Part shown: positions 56,142 through 64,000 of the stretch, piece after piece
How the letters are laid out: each line of letters begins with the position of its first letter
Numbering within the stretch: position 1 is the first letter of the stretch
DNA from: Candidatus Pacearchaeota archaeon
GTDB taxonomy: Archaea > Nanobdellota > Nanobdellia > Pacearchaeales > GW2011-AR1
Direction of reading: 5' to 3'
Assembly (NCBI GenBank): GCA_049511795.1
Contig: JBEKXS010000001.1
Location: 58,514 to 122,513 of the forward strand
DNA: 64,000 bases
Position numbers and translations under genes: made by a program
Notes under the pieces: model-generated
What the model was told of the DNA's origin: nothing
The model's database searches: none
The model's input: only the letters and a program-made list of their open reading frames with translations

Positions 56142-57848
56142 TTACTTAGGTCTAATTTTAGGCCTCATTACTGCTATTACACCTGCAATAAGACCAATTG
56201 CAACTAGAATTATTATTATAATTCCTACAGGACTTCCCAATGCTCCGATTACTCCACCTGTTATTGGTGCTGGAGTATTAGTTGCAGCTCCTGTTATTGG
56301 AGCTCCACCGCCGGCTGCTGTTGTTGCAGGATTAGTTGTTGGTGTTGTTGCTACAGGTGCTGTTACATATGTTCCTCCATAAGCATTTCCACCGCCACCA
56401 CCATTTGAAGGAGGAGGGGATGTTATTTGAGCATTACATAAATCTGAAGTTAAATAATCATTAGAACCTTGAGAAGTTAATTGTAAAAGAGTACAACTAT
56501 TAGCAGCACTATTATACTCATAATAAGGTTTTGTCACATTCAAAATTACAGTTACTGTTTGTCCGCTGACTGTTCCTGTGTATGTGTATGTTCCTGCTGG
56601 ATAGTTGTCATCAATAACTAAAGATTTACTCCCTAATCCAAGAGCATACTGAAATCCATCAATTAAAGCATAATTTCCTGCACCATCAGAAGTCAAGTAG
56701 AAGAAGGGTGAAGTTCCTATAATCTCATTGCCAATTTGAGTTTGCATAGCTGGAATCCAACCTGATTTAGCTGCAAAGTAATTTGTTAAGGTTGTTTGCT
56801 GTGTGCTGTTAGCTGCTAGAGAAAATGCGTATTTATTATTTGGTAATGGACCATTGGTAACTATTACATTACTAACATTTAATGTGTAGCAAGCATTAGT
56901 ACCATTATTCGTTCCACTGCAAGAACCAGAATCAGTTGTTGCAAGAGTGGCTCCAGAAAGAGTACCAATTGATACGGCGTTGCTGGTAATAGTTGCGGAT
57001 GTTAATATTGGTGTTGGTACTGTTGGTGAGTTTACAATTCCACCAGTTCCAGTGAATGTAACAGCAGTCTGAGACAGAGCCATTCCATTTAGTGTTGCAC
57101 CATTCAAATTAATATAGGTTGATGGTCCTGCTAATATTACTCCCTCAAAAACTGAAGTACTCTGAAGTTCAGCATATGCACCTGCAACAGTCCAGAATAT
57201 GTTTTGAGACTGACAAGCTCCAGTTAATGTAATCTGAGTATTGCTTCCTACAGTGAGGTCACCTGCTATTTGGAAGATAAATGTATCAGAAGAATCTGGA
57301 CAATAAAGTGTAACACCCTTCACATCCCCATTAGCAATATTGTGAGGATTACCAGCATTTATTAATAGTCCATTTGACCATTTGTAAAGACCAGGTGTTA
57401 ATGTCATCCCACTAATATCTCCAGCTCCTAATTCAGTAGCGGTAGGAGTTCCCTCACCTGTACCTGATGCTGTATTATAAGCAGTTTGCATATCACCTGC
57501 TGCATTAGTTACTAGAGCAGGAGTTGCACCTCCACCTGCTATTCCTGTATAATCATATGCATACATCTTTTCAGACACTAAAGATGATGTCGCAAAGTTA
57601 AGTGAAGAATCCATTGTTTGGCTAAACCCTGTAAAAGCAGTACTAGTGACTCCTTGACCTAATCCAATATTTCCAACAATTGAAGTGATTCCAGCAGCTG
57701 AAATACCTGTATCTGCAAAAACAGCAAAATTACCTGATGCTCCAAGACTAGGTAGTGCTGGACCAGCTGCTGTAACAGAAAATGCAGATAAAAGAATTGC
57801 TACAGAGAGCAATGCGAAAATTAAAAACTTTGATTTATTATTTGTCAT
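56142..57848 (-). CDS. Secreted DUF3494 (ice-binding-protein-like) family surface protein with C-terminal TM anchor
   Basis: Signal peptide. GNIGLGQGVTSTAFTGF...TATELGAGDISGMTLTPGLYKWS blocks typical of DUF3494. C-terminal hydrophobic helix plus RPKIRPK. Confidence 0.55.
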   Translation of the reverse strand: MTNNKSKFLIFALLSVAILLSAFSVTAAGPALPSLGASGNFAVFADTGISAAGITSIVGNIGLGQGVTSTAFTGFSQTMDSSLNFATSSLVSEKMYAYDYTGIAGGGATPALVTNAAGDMQTAYNTASGTGEGTPTATELGAGDISGMTLTPGLYKWSNGLLINAGNPHNIANGDVKGVTLYCPDSSDTFIFQIAGDLTVGSNTQITLTGACQSQNIFWTVAGAYAELQSTSVFEGVILAGPSTYINLNGATLNGMALSQTAVTFTGTGGIVNSPTVPTPILTSATITSNAVSIGTLSGATLATTDSGSCSGTNNGTNACYTLNVSNVIVTNGPLPNNKYAFSLAANSTQQTTLTNYFAAKSGWIPAMQTQIGNEIIGTSPFFYLTSDGAGNYALIDGFQYALGLGSKSLVIDDNYPAGTYTYTGTVSGQTVTVILNVTKPYYEYNSAANSCTLLQLTSQGSNDYLTSDLCNAQITSPPPSNGGGGGNAYGGTYVTAPVATTPTTNPATTAAGGGAPITGAATNTPAPITGGVIGALGSPVGIIIIILVAIGLIAGVIAVMRPKIRPK

Positions 57849-57881
57849 TTTGTTTTTTTGATTAAATTAAAGAGAATAAGG

Positions 57882-57923
57882 GAGTATATATGCTGGCGCG
57901 GTAGCCATACATAATTGTTGTAT
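57882..57923 (-). promoter_or_regulatory. Conserved 42-bp upstream element with a GC-rich box and ATATATAC TATA-like core. Near-identical copy at 62639..62680.
   Basis: GAGTATATATGCTGGCGCGGTAGCCATACATAATTGTTGTAT on the plus strand (about 38 of 42 positions identical to the second copy). Lies 34-75 nt upstream of the minus-strand ATG at 57848. Confidence 0.4.
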
Positions 57924-57967
57924 ATGCTAGTACTTCTCTTTGTATAAAAAATAAAGAATAAGAAATC

Positions 57968-58927
57968 TTAGTTTGATATTGTTACAGCGTTGTATTGCAA
58001 TGTAACAGCTGTTTGTGCCAATGCTCTACCATTCAGTATTGCGCCAGTGTTTAGTGCAATATTTGTTTGATCTAAAATATTCCCTTGGAAGTTAGATGTT
58101 GTTCCAAGTGTTGTTGTTCCAGCAACCTGCCAGAAAATGTTCTTTGGTCGGCAACTACCACTTAAAGCAATCATTGCGCCATTACCTACAGTAAGAGTTT
58201 GTGCTATTTGGAAAATAAAGACAGCATTCGTATTGCCTCCACAGTTAAGAGTAACACCAGTTGGTATTGTCAATCCAGTACTCCATTTGTATAGTCCAGG
58301 TGTTAGTGTCATCCCATCAATATTTCCAGCTCCAAGTTCAGTAGCAGTAGGGTTTGTCCTTCCAGCTGCGTCAGTATATGCTGTTTGCATATCGCTTATA
58401 GCTGTACCTATATTAATAGGAGTAGGGGGTGAATAATCTGATGCATATACTTTTCCAGTAACTAAAGATGATGTTGAAAATGTATTAGAAGAATCCATTG
58501 TTAATCCAAATCCAGTAATAGCAGTTGAGGTGATTGGACTAACTCCAATGTTTCCAGTGATTGAAGTTGTTCCAGTTGTTGATATTCCTGTTTTTGCTAA
58601 TATAACAAAATTACCTGCTGTTCCAAGATTTACTGCTGCAGGACCTGATGCACCAGTTGTTGCGTTACCTGAAGTTCCTCCAGACGAACCAGAACTTCCT
58701 CCGCTACTTCCACCACTACTTGTTCCTCCAGAAGTCCCACCTGATGTTCCGCCAGAACTTGTTCCTCCTGAATTTCCAGTAGTTCCAGTTCCTCCTGTTG
58801 AAGGAGTTCCTGTTGTAGGAGTACCTGTTGAAACAGAAGGTGTACTATAATTTGAATATATTAAATAACCTAAAACTATAACTACTACAATCAAAATAAC
58901 CCAGCCCCATAAACCTCTTTTATTCAT
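57968..58927 (-). CDS. DUF3494 (ice-binding-like) family protein with N-terminal TM anchor and Gly/Ser/Thr-rich linker. Paralog of 56142..57848.
   Basis: NLGTAGNFVILAKTGISTTGTTSITGNIGVSPITSTAITGF and TATELGAGNIDGMTLTPGLYKWS blocks shared with the paralog. Confidence 0.55.
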   Translation of the reverse strand: MNKRGLWGWVILIVVVIVLGYLIYSNYSTPSVSTGTPTTGTPSTGGTGTTGNSGGTSSGGTSGGTSGGTSSGGSSGGSSGSSGGTSGNATTGASGPAAVNLGTAGNFVILAKTGISTTGTTSITGNIGVSPITSTAITGFGLTMDSSNTFSTSSLVTGKVYASDYSPPTPINIGTAISDMQTAYTDAAGRTNPTATELGAGNIDGMTLTPGLYKWSTGLTIPTGVTLNCGGNTNAVFIFQIAQTLTVGNGAMIALSGSCRPKNIFWQVAGTTTLGTTSNFQGNILDQTNIALNTGAILNGRALAQTAVTLQYNAVTISN

Positions 58928-58978
58928 ATTATTTATTAATAAATTTTTATATTTAAATACTTTTTGTTGTATATCTTA

Positions 58979-60151
58979 TTACTTCTCTTTTATCATTCTT
59001 TGCTTTAAAGAAGTGAATACTTTGCTGATTATGGGTACTGTTATTTTTGGTTTTTCAGGTTTATGAAATTTCTCTATTTTATCGTGCCTTTGTTTAAAGG
59101 TTTCAAAATAGGTTAAGAGTAATGGTAATAATATAGGTCCGATGAATATTCCAGGAACCCCAAACATGGTGGCTCCGCCTATGACACCTATGATTACAAC
59201 TATTTGACTTACCTTGGTTTTTGTTTTTGAATGCACTATCTTCGCAAGTAGAATACTATCAATGGTACCTATTATAACAAGGCAGTAGAAGAATAGTCCT
59301 ATTCCTCTATACATGAGCCCATAATCATGAGAAAGATAACCACTTATAACCATAAATAGCGAGATAGGTACCCATAAAATTGCTGTTCCAATAGTTGGAA
59401 TCAAAGCAGCGAAAGCCATCACAAGTCCTAAGATTATCGGAAGAGGAACACCAAATATGTAAAATCCTATAGTTCCTAAGACTCCCTGGACGAATGCAAC
59501 AAATAATTGTGCATAAACTACTGTATGGGTTATATCTCCGAATTCCGTGATAAGTCTTTTTGTTGTCTTTTTTCTCATTGGGAGTATATTCTCTATTTTT
59601 TTTAATATATTCTCCCAGTCTTTTAGGATAAAGAATGACATAACTAATGCAAGAATAATTTCTGCGATTATGATAGGTATAGTAAGAATAAAGGTTGCTA
59701 TTTTTTCCTCCAAAATAGGAAGTAGTTTCTGCAGTTGCGTGTTAAATCCAAATGCTGACAATCGGTCTAAGCTAAATTTTTCTATGTGGTTAATAACAGA
59801 ACATAATGTTGAGTTTGCACTAGTGCATCCGATACCAAAGAGTTGTCCCTTCGCAATATTATTTGATAATGAACTGTAAAGAGCAGATCCTTGCTGTGTA
59901 ACTTCGAATGCTAAGAAAGCGAATGGAATTAATACAATAATTACAATAATGAACAGAGATAAAATAATTGAAAGAGATTTATAGGGTATCTTTTTATTTA
60001 TTTTAGTATACAGAGGAAAAGCAATATAAGAGAGAATTGTGCTGCTTAAAAGAATAGTTATCATAGGCCTGACAAGGAAGAATAACAGAATTAATGCCAG
60101 CACAAACATTATGAACGGGACTACTTTTTGATACTGGTTTTGGATTGCCAT
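58979..60151 (-). CDS. AI-2E family (PerM/UPF0118) membrane transporter
   Basis: 390 aa, about 8 TM helices, characteristic AI-2E pattern and length. Confidence 0.55.
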   Translation of the reverse strand: MAIQNQYQKVVPFIMFVLALILLFFLVRPMITILLSSTILSYIAFPLYTKINKKIPYKSLSIILSLFIIVIIVLIPFAFLAFEVTQQGSALYSSLSNNIAKGQLFGIGCTSANSTLCSVINHIEKFSLDRLSAFGFNTQLQKLLPILEEKIATFILTIPIIIAEIILALVMSFFILKDWENILKKIENILPMRKKTTKRLITEFGDITHTVVYAQLFVAFVQGVLGTIGFYIFGVPLPIILGLVMAFAALIPTIGTAILWVPISLFMVISGYLSHDYGLMYRGIGLFFYCLVIIGTIDSILLAKIVHSKTKTKVSQIVVIIGVIGGATMFGVPGIFIGPILLPLLLTYFETFKQRHDKIEKFHKPEKPKITVPIISKVFTSLKQRMIKEK

Positions 60152-60172
60152 TGTGTAAATGGTAACGAGAAT

Positions 60173-60658
60173 TTACCTTGCCTGGGTTTCACCAGGAGAT
60201 GCTAAAATTGAGTCTCCTTTATTTTCTGAGTCCCCTTCTGAAAATCTATAGTGCCTTGTTATTTTTATTTTGGCAGTATCTTCAATAACGTCCCCTGATT
60301 TGTCAGGCAGTAAGCTCATATTGTTAATATCTATTCCCTGAATTTCTATCTCAACTTTTCTGACGCTTGAGTGGTTTGGTGTTAAAACAATTGTTTTGTG
60401 GTCGGGTCCCCATTTTTTCTCGAATGTTCCTGAAGTGTAATTAAATTTAGACAAAGGTATGTTTGGAATATCTGAGATATTGGCTTTGAGATATATTATG
60501 TAGTCTCCGTAGGTCATTATAGGTATTGTACCTTTCCCTTCTGCCTCACTGGCTTTTTCAAAGGCTTCTGCATTCTTCCTATGTATATAGTACAAGCTGT
60601 CTTTTTCATTTATGCAGTTTGTTATTTCATCTATTTTGTCTTCTTTTGTCTGTTCCAT
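60173..60658 (-). CDS. Hypothetical protein
   Basis: 161-aa ORF. Confidence 0.3.
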   Translation of the reverse strand: MEQTKEDKIDEITNCINEKDSLYYIHRKNAEAFEKASEAEGKGTIPIMTYGDYIIYLKANISDIPNIPLSKFNYTSGTFEKKWGPDHKTIVLTPNHSSVRKVEIEIQGIDINNMSLLPDKSGDVIEDTAKIKITRHYRFSEGDSENKGDSILASPGETQAR

Positions 60659-60751
60659 TATATTACTCCGAAATATTTAAGCAAAACAAATCCACCGATT
60701 AATGCAAGTATGAAAAATATTACGCCTCCAACAGATCCTTGTTTGTTCATT

Positions 60752-61045
60752 TTATTTTTTAAATAAGTCATTTTTTTTATTTCTACCAACCAAATAATAA
60801 ATTATTGCTGTTATTATGCTAAAAAATATGGCTAATACAACCCAAAGAACTTTCATTCCGTCAGATAGTCTCTTGTTATTTACAAGTACATCATAAATAA
60901 CCCATATTGCTGCTATAACTGCTATAATCATAAATAACAGACCAAATCCATATCCACCCATCATTCCAAATCCGAAGCCTCCAAATAATAGTAAAACTAA
61001 AACAACTATTAATATAATCATTAAAGTTTTATTTTCGTTTTTCAT
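60752..61045 (-). CDS. PLDc_N-domain small membrane protein
   Basis: WVIYDVLVNNKRLSDGMKVLWVVLAIFFSIITAIIYYLVGR resembles the PLD nuclease N-terminal (PLDc_N) motif. Two TM helices. Confidence 0.4.
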   Translation of the reverse strand: MKNENKTLMIILIVVLVLLLFGGFGFGMMGGYGFGLLFMIIAVIAAIWVIYDVLVNNKRLSDGMKVLWVVLAIFFSIITAIIYYLVGRNKKNDLFKK

Positions 61046-61055
61046 TTTTTATTGT

Positions 61056-61175
61056 TTAAGTCCTCATTATATTTCTTCCAGCGGGCCTGTTTTTTACATG
61101 ACCTTTTCCGCCCTTTCCCTTTCTAGCTCTTGCCTTTGCTGCCTTCATTCTTCCGCCTCTGCTTTTTTTTGCCAT
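61056..61175 (-). CDS. Very basic 39-aa micro-protein (MAKKSRGGRMKAAKARARKGKGGKGHV...)
   Basis: Hand-found ORF. K/R/G-rich like small ribosomal or nucleic-acid-binding peptides. Confidence 0.2.
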   Translation of the reverse strand: MAKKSRGGRMKAAKARARKGKGGKGHVKNRPAGRNIMRT

Positions 61176-61228
61176 TTTTTGTTTTTTACTCCTGTTTAAT
61201 TTTTAGATTATGATTATTTAATTTATAA

Positions 61229-61564
61229 TTACCTTGTTCTTGTTGTTGTAGTTGTTACTGAAGTTCCACTCGGCAATGCTGCTCTTCTTGATCTTCTCCG
61301 TGTTGAACGCCTATGATATGCAGTTCTTCCTCTTGGTCCTCTAGGTCCTTGGACTACTCTTGTTGGACCGGAACTTGCTAAACCAATAACTAATAATAGG
61401 AAACCAATAATTGCAGATGCATATGCCCATCCTACAGGAATAGTTACATTAGCAGATGAACTATTTGAATTTACACCGGCTTGAATATTCTGGAAAGGTA
61501 CAAAATAGAACAATCCTCCAAGAACTAGAAAAATTACTCCAAATATAATCAGGCTTGCTTTCAT
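61229..61564 (-). CDS. Membrane protein with Arg/Thr-rich C-terminal tail
   Basis: Two TM helices, then GPRGPRGRTAYHRRSTRRRSRR...TTTTTRTR. Confidence 0.3.
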   Translation of the reverse strand: MKASLIIFGVIFLVLGGLFYFVPFQNIQAGVNSNSSSANVTIPVGWAYASAIIGFLLLVIGLASSGPTRVVQGPRGPRGRTAYHRRSTRRRSRRAALPSGTSVTTTTTRTR

Positions 61565-61619
61565 TTTGTTCTCCTTTCTTGTTTTTTCATTTTATTTAAA
61601 ATTATGAAGTGTGATATTT

Positions 61620-61817
61620 CTAAGCTGCTTTTATTGTATGAGCTATTACCGAAATTATGAACAGTATTACAAAAATTATTGCTAGCCACTTTGCTATTGT
61701 TAATGAAACTCCTGAAATAAGCCCGAATCCAAATATTGCAGAGACTATTGCTATAATTAAGAATATAACTGCCCAAGCCAACCAACCAACTGTTCCTTGT
61801 TTGTTCATTTTATTCAT
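61620..61817 (-). CDS. DUF1328 (UPF0391) small membrane protein
   Basis: WLAWAVIFLIIAIVSAIFGFGLISG...AKWLAIIFVILFIISVI matches the DUF1328 two-helix pattern. Confidence 0.45.
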   Translation of the reverse strand: MNKMNKQGTVGWLAWAVIFLIIAIVSAIFGFGLISGVSLTIAKWLAIIFVILFIISVIAHTIKAA

Positions 61818-61928
61818 TTTTTATACTTTATGTTAAATCTGTTATGATATATATAGTCGCGCTGTATGAACCCATACTCTTAATCTGAATGTTAAGTTCT
61901 AAAAAATAATTATAATTAAAAAAATTAA

Positions 61929-62303
61929 TTAAAACTTTTCATCACCGCAAAAATATAATCTTTCATTTATTATTTTATTATCTTTCCAGTGCTGAACATT
62001 TACCCTGTGAATTATTTTCTCTTTTTTATTTTTATCTTCAATGTTTATAGCCCATTCTGTCATTGAAATATTATCATCAACTCCCCCAAAAGTAACAGAT
62101 TTTATTTCAGCGCTGTTTAATTTTTCTATTTCCTTAAGAAATATGGTTTCTCTCTTTCTGTTATTTTCTTTTCCGTTTATGGGAAGATTTCCATTTACCT
62201 GTGTAATTACTTCATCTCCGTAATATTTTTCAAATGCTTCCAAAAGCTTGCCGTCCCTAATTAAAGCATTCAATTTTTCTACGTTATTTTTTAGTTTTAT
62301 CAT
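61929..62303 (-). CDS. NTF2/SnoaL-like fold protein (tentative)
   Basis: 124 aa. An N-terminal helix then a beta-rich pattern suggests an NTF2-like domain. Confidence 0.3.
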   Translation of the reverse strand: MIKLKNNVEKLNALIRDGKLLEAFEKYYGDEVITQVNGNLPINGKENNRKRETIFLKEIEKLNSAEIKSVTFGGVDDNISMTEWAINIEDKNKKEKIIHRVNVQHWKDNKIINERLYFCGDEKF

Positions 62304-62324
62304 TTTCTTGGATAAAAATATTTT

Positions 62325-62600
62325 TTAGGTGAAAATAAAAAGGGCTTCAACTGCCAAAACAATCAGCAGTCCTAAAACTACGACTAAGACCATATTCGTA
62401 TTTCTGTCTTTCACTTCTCTTCTATTGTCGGTTATATCATCATTTCTTAATCTGTTCTCTCCCATAGTTCTATCTGCTTTGGATCTTCTTTCTGCAGTTA
62501 ATTCGTCATTTCTAAATCGACTATCTTTCATTGTCTTGTCTGCCGTTTCTCTTTTGTCCGTAGTTACCACATCATTCTTCATTCTTTGCGTATTTGTCAT
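62325..62600 (-). CDS. Small membrane-anchored protein with tandem charged peptide repeats
   Basis: Repeats DKTMKDSRFRNDELTAERRSKA / DRTMGENRLRNDDITDNRREVK, then a C-terminal TM helix. Confidence 0.35.
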   Translation of the reverse strand: MTNTQRMKNDVVTTDKRETADKTMKDSRFRNDELTAERRSKADRTMGENRLRNDDITDNRREVKDRNTNMVLVVVLGLLIVLAVEALFIFT

Positions 62601-62638
62601 TTTTTTCTTTCCTCCATTGCATTATATCATAATCAAAA

Positions 62639-62680
62639 GAGTATATATGCTGGCGCTGTAGCAAGACATAATTGTTGTAT
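62639..62680 (-). promoter_or_regulatory. Second copy of the conserved 42-bp upstream element (see 57882..57923), 39-80 nt upstream of the ATG at 62600
   Basis: GAGTATATATGCTGGCGCTGTAGCAAGACATAATTGTTGTAT. A GGAGG RBS follows before the ATG. Confidence 0.4.
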
Positions 62681-62706
62681 GAGAAAATACTTTATCGTGT
62701 AAAAAT

Positions 62707-63483
62707 TTATACTACTTTTTTAGAATAATCCCAAAGAATGCCATAAAAATCAAGATATTCTTTTGCAATAACATCATTTTCTATTACAATTGTATAAATA
62801 GGATCAATCCAAAGAGTGATATAAACAGAGCCATTGCAGACTACATGGGTTATTTGGGAAGTTTTAGCCTGCTGAGTTTTAGGTAAAAGCCTTGCTTCTG
62901 TAAATTTTAAGTTGCTGAGCGTTTTAACTTCTTCATGAGGAAGCTTATAAAAAAGAAGTTTAAGCTCAATATGATTTTTTATTCTTTCAAGATGGAAAGA
63001 ATTCATTAATCTATCATTAAGAACATTGATTATGCTCTCATTTTCTGCAAGACCATAAATCCAGATATCTGATTTTTTTTCCAAGAGACCGAATAAAATG
63101 CTTTTTACGGCATTTAATCCTTCTAAAGTATAAACTTTGGGCGTATGACCAGACACAAAAGTTGTTTTTATGAATTCCATTGCTGTTTTTAGATTTTCCA
63201 ATTTATCTTTTTCTTCATTAATAATCAAGTCTGTTGCTAAAGCGGCAAATACCTGCTTTCCTTCTTTGTTGGACAAATAAACCAGATTTCTTTCCTTAAG
63301 CTTTGTTAAGGTGTCATATACATTAGCCCTATGCATGCCTGTTCTTTTTGAAATCTGTGTTGCAGTAGATTCCTTGTTTTTTAGCAAATCAAGGTAAACA
63401 GTAGTCTGCATTTTAGGGATGCCTACTGATTCAAAAGCTTTCAAGATATGTTCGTCTACCATTTTATTTTTAAGTGTTTTCAC
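62707..63483 (-). CDS. TrmB-family transcriptional regulator
   Basis: N-terminal wHTH (KMQTTVYLDLLKNKESTATQISKRTGMHRANVYDTLTKLKERNLV) and a TrmB-like C-terminal domain. Confidence 0.5.
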   Translation of the reverse strand: MKTLKNKMVDEHILKAFESVGIPKMQTTVYLDLLKNKESTATQISKRTGMHRANVYDTLTKLKERNLVYLSNKEGKQVFAALATDLIINEEKDKLENLKTAMEFIKTTFVSGHTPKVYTLEGLNAVKSILFGLLEKKSDIWIYGLAENESIINVLNDRLMNSFHLERIKNHIELKLLFYKLPHEEVKTLSNLKFTEARLLPKTQQAKTSQITHVVCNGSVYITLWIDPIYTIVIENDVIAKEYLDFYGILWDYSKKVV

Positions 63484-63531
63484 TATATATTTTTTTTGGT
63501 TTGAGTAAATAATAAAATCAATAAAAAATTT

Positions 63532-63867
63532 TTAATTCAGTTTTACAGCAGTGCCGTAGGCAAGAATTTCTGATGAGCCGCGCATTATTGAGGAAGCATC
63601 AAATCTCATTGCAATTATTCCATCTGCTCCCATCTTGATTGCATTGTTTATCATTCTGTTATATGCCTCATCACGTGACTGGTTTATCAATTCTGTAAAT
63701 GTCTCTATTTCTCCGCCGACAAGACTCTTAAGCCATGCCATGATATCTCTTCCAAGATTTCTGCTTCTTACAGTATTTCCCCTAACAACTCCAAGAATTT
63801 TTTTAACTTTTCTGCCTGGAATATCATTCATTGTCACAGCAGTGATACCTTTGCTATCTTGTGCCAT
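63532..63867 (-). CDS. YbjQ/UPF0145 (DUF74) family protein
   Basis: ITAVTMNDIPGRK...GADGIIAMRFD pattern typical of UPF0145. Confidence 0.55.
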   Translation of the reverse strand: MAQDSKGITAVTMNDIPGRKVKKILGVVRGNTVRSRNLGRDIMAWLKSLVGGEIETFTELINQSRDEAYNRMINNAIKMGADGIIAMRFDASSIMRGSSEILAYGTAVKLN

Positions 63868-64000
63868 TTTTATCTCTTTCTGACTTCTTCAATTTTATTT
63901 TCTTTTTTATTGAGTAATATTACAATCCCTATAATAGCGACAATAATCCCAAAGATTAATACAATAAGTTGTGAAAAATAAACAAAACAGATGTACAATC

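Noticed and set aside
61056-61175. Ribosomal protein L41e or another named ribosomal micro-protein
   Set aside because: The K/R/G-rich composition is suggestive, but the sequence does not match any ribosomal protein I can recall. Left as an unnamed basic micro-ORF.
63893-64000. Minus-strand ORF running off the 3' window edge
   Set aside because: Only about 35 codons are visible. Insufficient to call.

Overview
This 64 kb window is AT-rich (roughly one-third G+C by eye), gene-dense, and clearly archaeal. It carries the canonical archaeal transcription/translation cluster: rpoH, rpoB, an rpoA in which A' and A'' are fused, a NusA-like KH protein, ribosomal S12 and S7, and aEF-2. It also carries archaeal/eukaryal-type ribosomal proteins (L35Ae, L10e, S24e, S27a), Spt4 and RpoE', three tRNAs (His, Trp, Lys), HisRS, and an atypical short GluRS. 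Many genes have GGAGG-type ribosome-binding sites and a recurring palindromic AAAGCTTTTAAA promoter box. Small genes, many hypothetical proteins and several apparently bacterial-type genes suggest a DPANN-like, host-associated archaeon. That assignment is an inference from gene content alone.

The housekeeping backbone includes a bacterial-style deoxynucleotide cluster (nrdR, class II RNR, dCMP deaminase, thyA, folA, thioredoxin), an Lhr helicase with a metallophosphoesterase, ABC-2 exporter genes, HtpX, IMPDH-family and diphthine-ammonia-ligase-like genes, and ScpA.

The accessory content is the most interesting part:
- A roughly 6 kb island-like segment lies between tRNA-Lys and rpoH. It holds small ORFs, a convergent putative restriction gene plus a TaqI-like N6-adenine methyltransferase, an IS6-family transposase abutting the methyltransferase start, an AbrB-like antitoxin with a truncated partner, and an uncharacterised wHTH plus 372-aa two-gene module.
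- A cell-surface gene cluster contains two paralogous C-terminally anchored Asn/Ser-rich proteins flanking a lipoprotein and a beta-barrel outer-membrane-protein-like gene.
- Two DUF3494 (ice-binding-like) paralogous surface proteins are present.
- There is a 488 bp ORF-free region (16431..16918) with structured repeats that may encode an ncRNA.
- A GTAGTGCCTAA repeat family is shared between that region and the IS locus.
- Two pairs of conserved non-coding elements (40 to 45 bp) recur at distant loci.

No rRNA genes or CRISPR arrays were seen. All calls are from reading the sequence and translated ORFs; no database search was run.
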